DNA from: an uncultured Bacteroidales bacterium
Lineage (GTDB): Bacteria; Bacteroidota; Bacteroidia; Bacteroidales; WCHB1-69
DNA length: 64,000 bases
Reading direction: 5' to 3'
Assembly (NCBI GenBank): GCA_900315245.1
Contig: OMYJ01000015.1
Location: 41,442 to 105,441 of the forward strand
The notes below the pieces were generated by a model. That model was not told the origin of the DNA. It saw only the letters and a list, made by a program, of their open reading frames with translations, and did not search any database. Of the stretch, positions 32,589 to 42,064 are shown one piece after another (positions within the stretch are counted from its first letter, which is position 1; the number at the start of each line of letters is the position of its first letter). The position numbers and the translations under genes were made by a program.

Positions 32589-32783
32589 TTATTCGTTTAT
32601 TTTCTTCAGGTAGTCGTCAAAGTCTTTGCATTTTGTGGTGTTGCCAGTCTTGTAGTCTGCAATAGCTTCACTGAGAGATCCCTTTTTGGGTGTTTCCACG
32701 ATAATCCCAAGACCTTTCAAAAACAGCAAAAGTTGTTTTCCGAAAGTTGTTCTTTCATTGATATTGATAGTATAAGTTGCCAT
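32589..32783 (-). CDS. Probable antitoxin partner of YafQ
   Basis: 64 aa, 2 bp upstream of the toxin; EAIADYKTGN....DFDDYL C-terminus typical of Bacteroidetes antitoxins. Confidence 0.7.
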   Translation of the reverse strand: MATYTININERTTFGKQLLLFLKGLGIIVETPKKGSLSEAIADYKTGNTTKCKDFDDYLKKINE

Positions 32784-32887
32784 AATTGTTTCCTTCTTTA
32801 TTAACGCTGCAAAGATACGTTTTTTTCATTTTCCTGTCCACGTCCGTAAATTGTGTACTTTTGCACTTAAAATGTTCATCGATTCTT

Positions 32888-35251
32888 ATGTCCAAACACC
32901 CCCTCTTTCTCGCCGTTATCCTGCTGATTCTCAGTTTTTCCGCTTTTGCGCAACATACACCGTGCAAGGTGACCGGAAAGGTGGTAGGTGAGAAGAACTT
33001 CGAAATGCCCTACGTTTCCGTGTATGCCTCGCAACAGGACAGCGTGGTGGCGGGCACCCTCACCGACCAAAATGGACAGTTTTCGCTGAAAGTGCCCCGG
33101 TTGCCGAATACTTATACCTTGACTGTGATTTACATGGGCTATAAATCAAAACATCTTGATTTTACAGCAGATAAGAGCGAGGTCGCTTTGGGGAATATTC
33201 CAATGGAGGCCACATCGCAGGTGCTGGAAGAGGTGAACATTTCGGCGAGGGATGGCGGACAAACAATCGTCACTGCCGAACACACTACCATAATGCCCAC
33301 GGATGCCACGACTATGATGACCGGCACCGTCGCGGACCTCCTGCGCCAGCAGTCCTCCGTGACCGTTGACCCCGATGGCAATGTCTCCATCCGCGGTAAC
33401 GGCAATGTGCTGCTGCTCCTCGACGGGGTGCCCACGAATCTCGGTTCCATCAACGCAATACCCTCCTCCAACGTGGCGAGCATTGACATCATCACAAATC
33501 CGAGTGCCAGCTACGACGCCGAGGGCACGGGCGGCATCATCAACATCGTCACCAAGAAGGACGGGAAGAAAGGCCTCAGCGGGATGGCGGCGGTCAACTA
33601 CGGCTTCAATCACTTCACCAACGGCAGCCTCGCGCTGAATTACACCCGCAACAAGTTCGCCCTGCGCTTCAACTACCAGGTGAAATACGAGGACGACCTC
33701 AACAACGGCTACCTATACCGCTATTACCGCACCACCGGCGACAGCCTCAGCCAGCAAATCCACGCCCTGCGGACGGTCTTCAACAACAACATCGCCCTTG
33801 GATTCACTATCAAGCCCGATATGCGGAACAAGATCGACGCCGACTTCCGGCTCATCTTGCCTCGCTTCAACACCGTGCAGGATCTTTCCAACGATTGGCT
33901 CCACAACGGCATCCTGTCGCACGAGAACCGCTGCAGCGACGTGACCTGGAACCGCGAGAACCTCGACGGCACACTGGCTTACTGGCACGCCATCCGTCCC
34001 GGGAAGCTCACCTTCTCTGTCAAGGCGAACGTCTCCAAAATCTGGGGCCACCGCCCGTCGTACTATTTCTTGGAGGGCGATTCGGTCAGCAAGTCGGTGT
34101 CGGGTGGAAGTCCGCTGCTCACCTCTGCACAGACAGACTGGAAATTCATCGAGAAATACGGATTTTGGGATGCGGGAGTGAAGTTCTCTTACCGCCAGAA
34201 CGACATCTACCACAACTTCTTCGTGCGCGACAGTCTCGGTTGGGACTACTCCCATCAGTTTAGCAACGACCTGCTACACAGGGAGTACGTGCCCGCCGCC
34301 TACGTGCAGTTCACCTCTACGGAGTGGCGCGACCGTTTCACCTGGAGCGCCGGTCTCCGTGCCGAATACAGCCGCACGCATTTGCATAGTGAGAAAGAGC
34401 TGTTGGACGAGTGGTCGCAGCATTTCTTCCTCGGGCCTTCGCTGTCGTTCAAGTACAAGATTTCCAAAAAGCACAGTCTGTCGCTGGCCTATTCGCGGCG
34501 CATCACGCGGCCCACGTATCCGCAGCTTAACCCCTACATGAGCATGATCGACCCGCACAACTTCGAGCAGGGCAACATGCACCTCCAGCCCGAGACCGCT
34601 GACAACGCGGAGCTGCTCTACCAGTTCAAGGTGTCGAAATGGGCTGTGAATGTCGGGTTGTATGCCAACTACATCCACAACTACATCACGCAGGTGGCGC
34701 GTTTCGAGGGCGACATTCTGCTGATGACCTACATCAACGCCACCTCGCAGACCAAGGCGGGATTAGACCTGAGCGTGAAGGCCGACCCGTGGAAATGGAT
34801 GACGGCGACGCTCGGCACGAACACTTACTACCTCCGTTCGGTAGGCAACATCGACGAGTGGGACATTTCGAACAGCGGCTGGGTCAACAACAGCAACGTG
34901 CGGTTAGATTTCCGCCCGATCAAGGGGATGAACATCAATCTGCAGTATTTCCTGAATACGCCGCAGTACTATCCGCAGTTCACCACGCGCCTCTCGCACT
35001 ACCTGAACATCGGCATCAGCCAGAAGTTCCTGAAGGGCGCGCTCACGGTCTCCGCGCAGCTCACGGACGTCTTCAACACCCGCAAATGGGAGATCTTCGC
35101 CGACAACCAGTACTATCAGTTAGACAACATGTTGCATGGCAAGAGCCGGATGTTCTGGTTAGGCGTGAGCTACAACTTCAACGCCTACAAGAAGGCCGGT
35201 GCGGGCAAGGTTGAAGGGGAAGACAGGAGCAAGATCCGGACGGGGGTGTAA
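32888..35251 (+). CDS. TonB-dependent receptor-like outer-membrane beta-barrel protein
   Basis: Carboxypeptidase-regulatory-like N-domain, plug motif (IDIITNPSASYDAEGTGGIINI) and terminal FWLGVSYNF. Confidence 0.85.
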   Translation: MSKHPLFLAVILLILSFSAFAQHTPCKVTGKVVGEKNFEMPYVSVYASQQDSVVAGTLTDQNGQFSLKVPRLPNTYTLTVIYMGYKSKHLDFTADKSEVALGNIPMEATSQVLEEVNISARDGGQTIVTAEHTTIMPTDATTMMTGTVADLLRQQSSVTVDPDGNVSIRGNGNVLLLLDGVPTNLGSINAIPSSNVASIDIITNPSASYDAEGTGGIINIVTKKDGKKGLSGMAAVNYGFNHFTNGSLALNYTRNKFALRFNYQVKYEDDLNNGYLYRYYRTTGDSLSQQIHALRTVFNNNIALGFTIKPDMRNKIDADFRLILPRFNTVQDLSNDWLHNGILSHENRCSDVTWNRENLDGTLAYWHAIRPGKLTFSVKANVSKIWGHRPSYYFLEGDSVSKSVSGGSPLLTSAQTDWKFIEKYGFWDAGVKFSYRQNDIYHNFFVRDSLGWDYSHQFSNDLLHREYVPAAYVQFTSTEWRDRFTWSAGLRAEYSRTHLHSEKELLDEWSQHFFLGPSLSFKYKISKKHSLSLAYSRRITRPTYPQLNPYMSMIDPHNFEQGNMHLQPETADNAELLYQFKVSKWAVNVGLYANYIHNYITQVARFEGDILLMTYINATSQTKAGLDLSVKADPWKWMTATLGTNTYYLRSVGNIDEWDISNSGWVNNSNVRLDFRPIKGMNINLQYFLNTPQYYPQFTTRLSHYLNIGISQKFLKGALTVSAQLTDVFNTRKWEIFADNQYYQLDNMLHGKSRMFWLGVSYNFNAYKKAGAGKVEGEDRSKIRTGV

Positions 35252-35336
35252 AGTAATTCATCATCATGCTATATTTATCTGCGTAAGTCTGCGAGTTCTG
35301 CGGGAGAAAATGTGCCCGCTGAACCCGCGGAATCAA

Positions 35337-35771
35337 TCACATCAGAATCAGGCACGCGATTTGCCACCGGTCGGGGATGAAGTCGAAGTAATAGACCGGC
35401 GCGCCCCAGCGGTCTTTTAGCCGCAGGGTTTGTCCGTCGAGGTAGTAGAGCGGTGTGCCCCAGCGGTCTTTCTGCCGGATGGTCAGTCCGTCGAAGTAGA
35501 GTAGGGGGTCGCCCCAACGGTCCTTCAGCCGCACGGTCTGTCCGTCCATGTATATCAGAGGTTGTCCCCATCGGTCTTTAAGTCGCACCTGCTGCAAGGC
35601 GGCATCGTACCAAAGCAGCTGCTCGCCCCAGCGGTCCTTCATCCGGATGGTGTTCTCCTGCATATAGTACAGCTTCGCGCCCCATTTGTCCTTCTGATAG
35701 ACGGTCTGGGCGCGGGACGCGACGGTTATTGTGAGGACGATGATGCAAAATAGGATAAACTCTTTTTTCAT
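35337..35771 (-). CDS. Secreted 18-aa beta-hairpin repeat protein
   Basis: Signal peptide followed by six KD(K/R)WG-containing repeats. Confidence 0.7.
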   Translation of the reverse strand: MKKEFILFCIIVLTITVASRAQTVYQKDKWGAKLYYMQENTIRMKDRWGEQLLWYDAALQQVRLKDRWGQPLIYMDGQTVRLKDRWGDPLLYFDGLTIRQKDRWGTPLYYLDGQTLRLKDRWGAPVYYFDFIPDRWQIACLILM

Positions 35772-35797
35772 GTGGCAAAGATACGTTTTTTGGGGAC

Positions 35798-35927
35798 GAC
35801 AACTGGGATGTTTTTTTTGTACGACAACCTGGACAACGTGGGACAACTTTTTTTCATAATGTTGTCCAGAGCTGTCCAAGTTGTCGTTCTATTTCTAATT
35901 ATATTGTCCAAAGTTGTCATAGTTGTC
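35798..35927. repeat. GACAAC x4 / GTTGTC x4 inverted repeat cluster
   Basis: GACAAC at 35798, 35823, 35832 and 35842; GTTGTC at 35861, 35880, 35913 and 35922. Confidence 0.7.
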
Positions 35928-35931
35928 GTCC

Positions 35932-36426
35932 CTACAACAGTTGCATCGCGATTTTCGCGCAGGCCTCTGCGTCGGCCAACGCGTGGTGGTGGTTGGTCAT
36001 CGGGCAGCCGCAAGCCTCGGCCACGGTGTGCAGCTGGTGGTTGGGCAACCGCCGTCCAAAATGACGCCGCGAAGCCCGGCAGGTGCAAAGGAACTGGTAG
36101 TCGGGGTAGTCCATCTGATAGACGCGGAACACGGCCTTGAGGCAACCCTCGTCAAAAGGACTGTTGTGCGCCACGAGGGGCAGTCCTGCGATGAGCGGCT
36201 CGATCTGTCGCCACACCACGGGGAATATGGGTGCATCATCGGTGTCTTCGTGCGAGAGTCCGTGTACCTCCTGGCAGAACCAGGCGTAATAGTCGGGTTC
36301 GGGATGGATGAGCGAGTAGAACGTGTCGGTGATGACGCCGCCGCGCACCACCACCACGCCCACGCTGCAGACGCTGCTGCGCTGCCCGTTGGCGGTTTCG
36401 AAATCTATGGCGGCAAAGTCGGTCAT
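35932..36426 (-). CDS. DEDDh 3'-5' exonuclease (Pol III epsilon-like)
   Basis: IDFETAN, AHNSPFD and HHALADA. Confidence 0.9.
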   Translation of the reverse strand: MTDFAAIDFETANGQRSSVCSVGVVVVRGGVITDTFYSLIHPEPDYYAWFCQEVHGLSHEDTDDAPIFPVVWRQIEPLIAGLPLVAHNSPFDEGCLKAVFRVYQMDYPDYQFLCTCRASRRHFGRRLPNHQLHTVAEACGCPMTNHHHALADAEACAKIAMQLL

Positions 36427-37676
36427 ACTATTGTTTGTTTATGATTAAAAGCACCAGTCATCACCTCCATTTCATCTTTGGGAATGTGATGATGGGCTGC
36501 AATGGTTTGCCAGTGGGATACGACTTCTTGCGTTTTTTCCATGATGGATATTGCGGTGGATTTTGTTAAACCCGCGAAAGGAGCCACCTCCAAAGCTAAC
36601 GTAAAGTCGAGGGCATTGTCGTTCTCGTTGATGTTAAGGCTGAGCCCTGTGCCATAATTTTGCGGATTGAGGTCGTATGCGGGCGACAGCGTCCAGCCCT
36701 GCGGCGTAAGGAGAAAACCGTGATTGCGTAGATGATCGTCGCAATTGGACACCGCGATGTTGAATACGATCCGCCGCCAAAGTTCCAGAAGATTGTCCTG
36801 TACATGACAGCAGTTCCGGCTAATCCAGTCAAACAGTTCCAGATAGCTGCATCCGTCTGTCGCTCCGTCAGCATACCCCAGCATGGTCATGGCGGAAGTA
36901 AAATGGATGCGGCGATTGCGGATGTCACGGTCAAAGCGGCGAGTCATGAAAGTGGCATGTCTCCCAGACAGCGTGCGTACTTGAAATGGAGCCACCCGAA
37001 TGCCGCATTGCTGCGCCAGACTCATGGTCACCGCCTCCCATGCACCGACATTGGTCTTGTCGTTCCGACTCGGGAACTTTGCAATCCACAGATGATCGTC
37101 GGCATCCCGTACATTGGCCTTGGGACGTGCACCTCCGAGTGAGGATCCCGGTGCCAACAGCATCACAAGCCATTTGTTGACATCTTTGTCTTCATCCGTT
37201 TCTATATGGTTTACCGCCATTTCCAGCTCTCTCAAAGAGGAAAATGGTGGCGTTGAAAAGCGAGCGTCATTGTCCAAAAAATCTCCATCGGGTGAACTTT
37301 TCATACGCAAGGCCCCTATGCGGCATTCATCGAACACCCCTAACAGATAGTCGCTTTCCTGTAAATGTTTGCGAATTCGATTCTCGTCTCGGGCGCGGAT
37401 GCCTTCCCGTCTGTCCAGCAATACGCGTCCCCAACGGTCGGGTGACGAGTCCAAAAAGATGCCGAAATTGTTTTTATCGTCTGGAAGATATTGTTTGCCG
37501 GAATAGAGCTGTAGGTCGGGGTCAAGCAATTTCCCTTGATGACGGGTCAGCCATTCGTCAGCGAAAGAGAACGAAAAGACCTCCTTTCCTCTCAAGGCCT
37601 GTGCCGAGAGAACCCCTACCAGTAAAGGCCGTTCCGTGTATGCGTCGTCGAAATAGATGTAGATGTCTTTATTCAT
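36423..37676 (-). CDS. hipA: HipA-family kinase toxin
   Basis: N-terminal couple_hipA-like region, SLGGARPKA, IAKFPS, RRFDR and NCDDHLRNHGF. Confidence 0.85.
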   Translation of the reverse strand: MNKDIYIYFDDAYTERPLLVGVLSAQALRGKEVFSFSFADEWLTRHQGKLLDPDLQLYSGKQYLPDDKNNFGIFLDSSPDRWGRVLLDRREGIRARDENRIRKHLQESDYLLGVFDECRIGALRMKSSPDGDFLDNDARFSTPPFSSLRELEMAVNHIETDEDKDVNKWLVMLLAPGSSLGGARPKANVRDADDHLWIAKFPSRNDKTNVGAWEAVTMSLAQQCGIRVAPFQVRTLSGRHATFMTRRFDRDIRNRRIHFTSAMTMLGYADGATDGCSYLELFDWISRNCCHVQDNLLELWRRIVFNIAVSNCDDHLRNHGFLLTPQGWTLSPAYDLNPQNYGTGLSLNINENDNALDFTLALEVAPFAGLTKSTAISIMEKTQEVVSHWQTIAAHHHIPKDEMEVMTGAFNHKQTIV

Positions 37677-37998
37677 GTTGCGGCATGTTTGCTGTTTTGA
37701 TTTTGGTGCTGCGGCGGCGCACGGTCAAACCGGCATCCTGAATCTTGCGGCCGAGCACATCATCCTTGGCAAGGAGCAAGAGATCGTTATGGAGTCCCAA
37801 CACTATGAGTACGCGAAAATAGGAGCCCAAGGAGACACCTTCGTCGCCGTGTTCGATCTTGATGACGGTGTTGCGTGAAATGCCGGCTCTTTCGGCCACC
37901 TGTTCCGTGGAATAGTCACGGCGCAGTCTCGCCAATCGGATATTTTCCCCCAAAGTGTCCAGCATTCTCTTATATTTGGGCAAAAGCGGTCTTTTCAT
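37669..37998 (-). CDS. XRE HTH antitoxin (HipB-like)
   Basis: LGENIRLARLRR...VAERAGISRNTVIKIEHG; overlaps the hipA start. Confidence 0.85.
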   Translation of the reverse strand: MKRPLLPKYKRMLDTLGENIRLARLRRDYSTEQVAERAGISRNTVIKIEHGDEGVSLGSYFRVLIVLGLHNDLLLLAKDDVLGRKIQDAGLTVRRRSTKIKTANMPQHE

Positions 37999-38150
37999 GA
38001 TCCTTCTTTTATAATGTTCAAAATAATGCGCAAAAATACAAAATTTTGTTGAATATTATGCACGTTATTTGTTTTATTTAAGACAGGCAAATGGATGGTT
38101 CCATCAATATGCTTTTATTTGCCAATGGATGCTCTATGCAACAATGATGG

Positions 38151-38663
38151 TTACGCTATCGGGTCCCCGCAGTACTTCCGCCGCAGGCATTTCGTGCAGT
38201 GCAGTCCCATCCAGACCTCGTCGAACTGTTGCATGGCCTGGCGCACTAATTCGGGTTCGTCGGTGAGGATGCCCGCCTCGAAGTTGCGGGTGTTGGCCCC
38301 CTTCATCCCGATGCCCGCACCGGTGAGGTTCGCGCTGCCGAAATAGACCGCGCTGCCGTCGAAGACCAGCATCTTGAAGTGGACCCGGGGACAGAGCACC
38401 CGTTCCAATCCTTTCGCCAACGACGGGTACTTGTCGAAGTCCTCGCGGAAGGCTGGTCCCGGCTCCTTGGCGTGGATGAGGCGCACCTCCACGCCCTTGC
38501 GTACTAACTGCGCCAAAACCGCGAGGAACGGCAGCGTGCCGTCCCCGACTTTCACGTAGAGGTCTTTAATGTCCGCCGTGCCAATCCACAGCGACTTCCT
38601 GACGGAGGCCACGCGGGAGAGGACGAGGTTGTAGTGGTCGGTATTGGAGATGTAGGTGAGCAT
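38151..38663 (-). CDS. Single-domain phospholipase D/nuclease family protein
   Basis: HFKMLVFD (HxKxxxxD) and SANLT...RNFEAG; start moved to MLTYIS. Confidence 0.8.
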   Translation of the reverse strand: MLTYISNTDHYNLVLSRVASVRKSLWIGTADIKDLYVKVGDGTLPFLAVLAQLVRKGVEVRLIHAKEPGPAFREDFDKYPSLAKGLERVLCPRVHFKMLVFDGSAVYFGSANLTGAGIGMKGANTRNFEAGILTDEPELVRQAMQQFDEVWMGLHCTKCLRRKYCGDPIA

Positions 38664-38674
38664 AATGCAAAATC

Positions 38675-39802
38675 TCAAAGTCGTTCTAACCAATGCGAAA
38701 AGAAAACATCGTTGACCGTATATTCAGTACGGTGAAGGGAGGTCTCTGCATTCAACAATCCTTTTTCGCACAAAGAATCGGCGAGGCGTTGTACGGAGGA
38801 CGGGGTTCCGATTTTATGTTTTCTCAAAAAATCGCCGGCGGTAATTTGTGTGACTTTACCCTCTTTGGCGATAGAGATGAGAAACCGCCACTGTTTTTCG
38901 GTTAGCATCTGGCGATATTGGAGGTACACAGCCTCCCCTTGCTGTAGCAACTGGGCGCAGGCATTTTTCACTTCGTCAAGCCCTATATTGATGGCACCGT
39001 TGTTATAAATTGTGTGACAAAGTTGCTGGGTGTAATAGGTGTGCCTGTGAGTCCATTCAAGTATAAAATCCGCCGCTTCGGGCTGAATGTTGCGATTCCT
39101 TTTATTAAAAAGATTGACAATGAAAGCCTTGTATTTTTCTATAGGGATTTTGTCAAGGGCCAAGAAGGCGGTACTGGAGTAAAACGGTTTGCGTTCATTG
39201 GTGAAAATGTCGGCCATTATGTGTTTTTTACTGCCGCAAAAGACAAAGGTGATGTTCTTTGTTTGTTGTATATAGGTGCGCAGCAGTGCCTCCATATTTT
39301 GTTCCGGGTATTCGCGGATTTGCTGGAACTCGTCAATAGCCATCACGATGGGGGTGTTTTGGCCGTCCAAAAACTCGAACAGGCCACGCAGGGTGTGCTC
39401 TTTTTCGTGGGTTGTCTGGTAGGAAATCTGCAGTTGTGGCTCGCCCGTAATGGGATCAAATGAAATCTGCGGACGGAGCGCCTTGATGAAAATCATAAGC
39501 TTGTCCAATAGGGAGCTTTTGGGACGAAAAGCCCGCATAGCCGCTTCCGCCATCATCTTGATGAAATCGTCCAAACTTTGGGAGGCGAAAATATCCATAT
39601 AGATAGTCTGGATATCGGGATGTGTGGATGACAGTTCGTCAAACAGCCGCAGAATCAGTCCGGTTTTGCCGATGCGTCTTTGCGAGATAAGGGTGGTGTC
39701 GGTGTGGCCGGTGGCGTTGCGAAGCAGTTGTTGGAGTTCTTCTTCGCGGTCGCAGAACAATTCCTTTGCTTCGTACGATTTGATAATGAATGGGTTATCC
39801 AT
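38675..39802 (-). CDS. ATP-binding protein (archaeal-ATPase/STAND-like AAA with C-terminal wHTH)
   Basis: FCDREEE, SQRRIGKT (Walker A), IDEFQ (Walker B) and GSKKH. Confidence 0.8.
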   Translation of the reverse strand: MDNPFIIKSYEAKELFCDREEELQQLLRNATGHTDTTLISQRRIGKTGLILRLFDELSSTHPDIQTIYMDIFASQSLDDFIKMMAEAAMRAFRPKSSLLDKLMIFIKALRPQISFDPITGEPQLQISYQTTHEKEHTLRGLFEFLDGQNTPIVMAIDEFQQIREYPEQNMEALLRTYIQQTKNITFVFCGSKKHIMADIFTNERKPFYSSTAFLALDKIPIEKYKAFIVNLFNKRNRNIQPEAADFILEWTHRHTYYTQQLCHTIYNNGAINIGLDEVKNACAQLLQQGEAVYLQYRQMLTEKQWRFLISIAKEGKVTQITAGDFLRKHKIGTPSSVQRLADSLCEKGLLNAETSLHRTEYTVNDVFFSHWLERL

Positions 39803-39968
39803 GACGGTTTGTTTTATAACGGCTGCAAAGATACACAATTTTCTTCGATTACGCAAAATGCGTAACGCAAAATGTGTAAAATGTTTTTTGGCAAATCTAC
39901 TCCTCGAAACTCATCAGCCCGCCGATGATTTTTTCCTTTTACCGCCTATTCTTATCCCTCAAACTCAC

Positions 39969-40037
39969 CTATATTCCCGCCAGCGGATACCCCCAATCAC
40001 TCTCCATCTCCCGCAAGATTTCGCGGAAGACGGCGGG
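39969..40037 (-). pseudogene. 3' stump of ADP-ribosylglycohydrolase gene
   Basis: Translates to PAVFREILREMESDWGYPLAGI*, similar to PETFRKILQEMKGRFRYPLGDL* of 55489..56298. Confidence 0.55.
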
Positions 40038-40095
40038 TGGGCGGGGACGGTGGGGGCTACTGTGGTGTCTCTTTGAGACGCTCAGTTTCTACCAT

Positions 40096-40419
40096 TTAAT
40101 CCCACAAATTCCTGAAATACTTGCAGAACAAGGTGATACCCTCCGAAAATGTTTTGGTCTCCTCTTCTGAGAGGCAATCCGTGTATTTCATTAGCTCGAA
40201 GGCGTCAATCATTTTCTGAATGGTGGCGTTCCACTCGCGTATGTCCTTAAAACCGCCAGGATGTCCGTGTTTGTCCAAATCCCTAAATGTGACGAGACGC
40301 GGGGCAATCAGACGGGCTAACGTGTCCTTCGTGTTCCACACCTCTTCAATCGGGTAGTCATGTTTGTGGCTCCAGTGCTCGCTGTCGGAAGTGTTTTTCC
40401 TCTTTGAATTCTTTTTCAT
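40096..40419 (-). CDS. Hypothetical protein, phage-like family
   Basis: TLARLIAPRL..FR......PG....EWNATIQKMIDAFE...EGITLFCKYFRNLWD resembles a recalled phage hypothetical family. Confidence 0.55.
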   Translation of the reverse strand: MKKNSKRKNTSDSEHWSHKHDYPIEEVWNTKDTLARLIAPRLVTFRDLDKHGHPGGFKDIREWNATIQKMIDAFELMKYTDCLSEEETKTFSEGITLFCKYFRNLWD

Positions 40420-40431
40420 TCTTTTTCGCTG

Positions 40432-40941
40432 TTATTGATTCCCTTTAACAATCCCCGCAATCTTCCCATCCATCCTGTTCAGGAACTCCCCGAACGGTAT
40501 GTTTGGGTCCGCGTGTTCCAGTTTCTCCTGATAATCAACCATATGGAAGTGGTCCACCACGTTCCCGAACCAGGAGTCCTCAATGATGGGAGACTTTTGC
40601 CCAGATGCGGGCGGCAGCACCTTGATGACGTGGACGGTAAGGCCTTTGTGATGGTTTTTGCACCATGTCAGGTTGACTCCGACGGCCAAACATTTCAAAT
40701 ATAATGCCGAGTATCCTCCTTTCGGGGAGATGATCATTTTGCCGGGCGAGTCCCACACCAGCAGCCACACCTCCAACGGCGGGTCGTAGTCGCCGTCCTC
40801 CTGACAGTACAGATATTGCTGCACGAAATCTTGGTCTGACATCCATTCTGTGGTGATGTCATCCGCGAAATGTGCCAGAACGCCTCTTTTACATTGTTCG
40901 GCGTTGAAGCCGATGGGGATGATAATGGTTTTGGTGGTCAT
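40432..40941 (-). CDS. Hypothetical protein
   Basis: ATG 20 nt below the boxed promoter; no family recognised. Confidence 0.6.
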   Translation of the reverse strand: MTTKTIIIPIGFNAEQCKRGVLAHFADDITTEWMSDQDFVQQYLYCQEDGDYDPPLEVWLLVWDSPGKMIISPKGGYSALYLKCLAVGVNLTWCKNHHKGLTVHVIKVLPPASGQKSPIIEDSWFGNVVDHFHMVDYQEKLEHADPNIPFGEFLNRMDGKIAGIVKGNQ

Positions 40942-40960
40942 AATCTTTGTTGTTTTTGAT

Positions 40961-40998
40961 GCGGCAAAGATAACACGGGACTGTGCCAATTCGTGGCA
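40961..40998 (-). promoter_or_regulatory. -7 promoter + palindromic operator (copy 1)
   Basis: Plus strand: GCGGCAAAGATAACACGGGACTG TGCCA ATTCG TGGCA. Confidence 0.75.
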
Positions 40999-41128
40999 TT
41001 GTGGTGCCCGCAGACCTACGGCCTGCCTGTGAAAGTGAACAGTGAATAGTGATCAGTGAACAGGGACTTTACGCGACAAGGCGCCCTGTCAGGAGTGCAG
41101 GGGGAGGGTATGAAAAGGGTTAAGGGTT

Positions 41129-41371
41129 TCACCCCGCGGAAAACCGCAAGGGGGATTTCCTGCTACCATTGCCGCCATACAAGATGGTAATCGGGGCGAA
41201 ATCCAGAGACTCGAGGCAGTGGTCTGACAGAACGCCAAAGGGGTAATTGCCCAAGACGTCCTTGTGGAAACAGGATTCCTCCAAAGAGGCCGGATCATAA
41301 TGGTAATAGTCAATCAGGACCTTGTCCTCTTGTTCAAAAGTGGGGAATTTGAATGATTCGAGATAGATCAT
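41129..41371 (-). pseudogene. 5' stump of a predicted ABC-type ATPase (COG3910-like), broken at Walker A
   Basis: MIYLESF...YPF..L....LDFAPITILYGGNGS then runs into a repeat element. Confidence 0.65.
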
Positions 41372-41416
41372 ATGGGGGGATTGGAGGTGGAGAAGAGGGA
41401 AAGAGAAAAATGGAGA

Positions 41417-42031
41417 TTATTCGCAAATCTTGTTTTGACAATTGTCGCAACACTTTTTGTCCGATTCTTCAGGATACGCTTGAGTGATGAGGCAATCGAG
41501 GTAGTGGAACAACTTTTGGATATCTATTTTCCTTGATTCATTTAAACAATTGACAACTTCAAAGTAATTGGTGTTCGCTGATGTGTCTCCACCATTTTCT
41601 TTTTTGATTTTTGGGCTCTCCAAGTTTTCAGTTATCAAGCAGATAGTGTTATTCCCAAAGTACCTGAATAAATGATTTTTATACATCATATCTGTCCACA
41701 ATCCACGATAATACACCTGTCCATATATCTCTATTTTTTCATCTCCCCAAGCTTGAGGAACGCATACTTCTATTTCGCTGATTTTGCTGACGACATTGTT
41801 AAATTTGTTTCTCACGACGTTTCCAACTTGAAATACATACCCGTTATTAGGTTCACTTTCCCTTCTTTCATATGTAGTCAACACATTAGGGCAATTAGGC
41901 CAATCTAATAACCAGACATCATTCGTTTTGATTGATTCTAAAATATTCTTAAGGTCTGTACATAAAACTAAATCTATCTTATTATTAGCCATATAGTTAT
42001 TTTTATTTTCTAAAAATGTTTTCTTCATCAC
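41417..42031 (-). CDS. Hypothetical protein (AT-rich)
   Basis: 204-codon open frame; start may be 41992 (MANNK). Confidence 0.5.
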   Translation of the reverse strand: MMKKTFLENKNNYMANNKIDLVLCTDLKNILESIKTNDVWLLDWPNCPNVLTTYERRESEPNNGYVFQVGNVVRNKFNNVVSKISEIEVCVPQAWGDEKIEIYGQVYYRGLWTDMMYKNHLFRYFGNNTICLITENLESPKIKKENGGDTSANTNYFEVVNCLNESRKIDIQKLFHYLDCLITQAYPEESDKKCCDNCQNKICE

Positions 42032-42064
42032 AAAATTGTAACTTATTCAAAGTGATTATTTTAT

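Noticed and set aside
35798-35927. GACAAC/GTTGTC repeats as a mini-CRISPR
   Set aside because: The units are only 6 bp, irregularly spaced and switch orientation; there is no constant repeat-spacer period.
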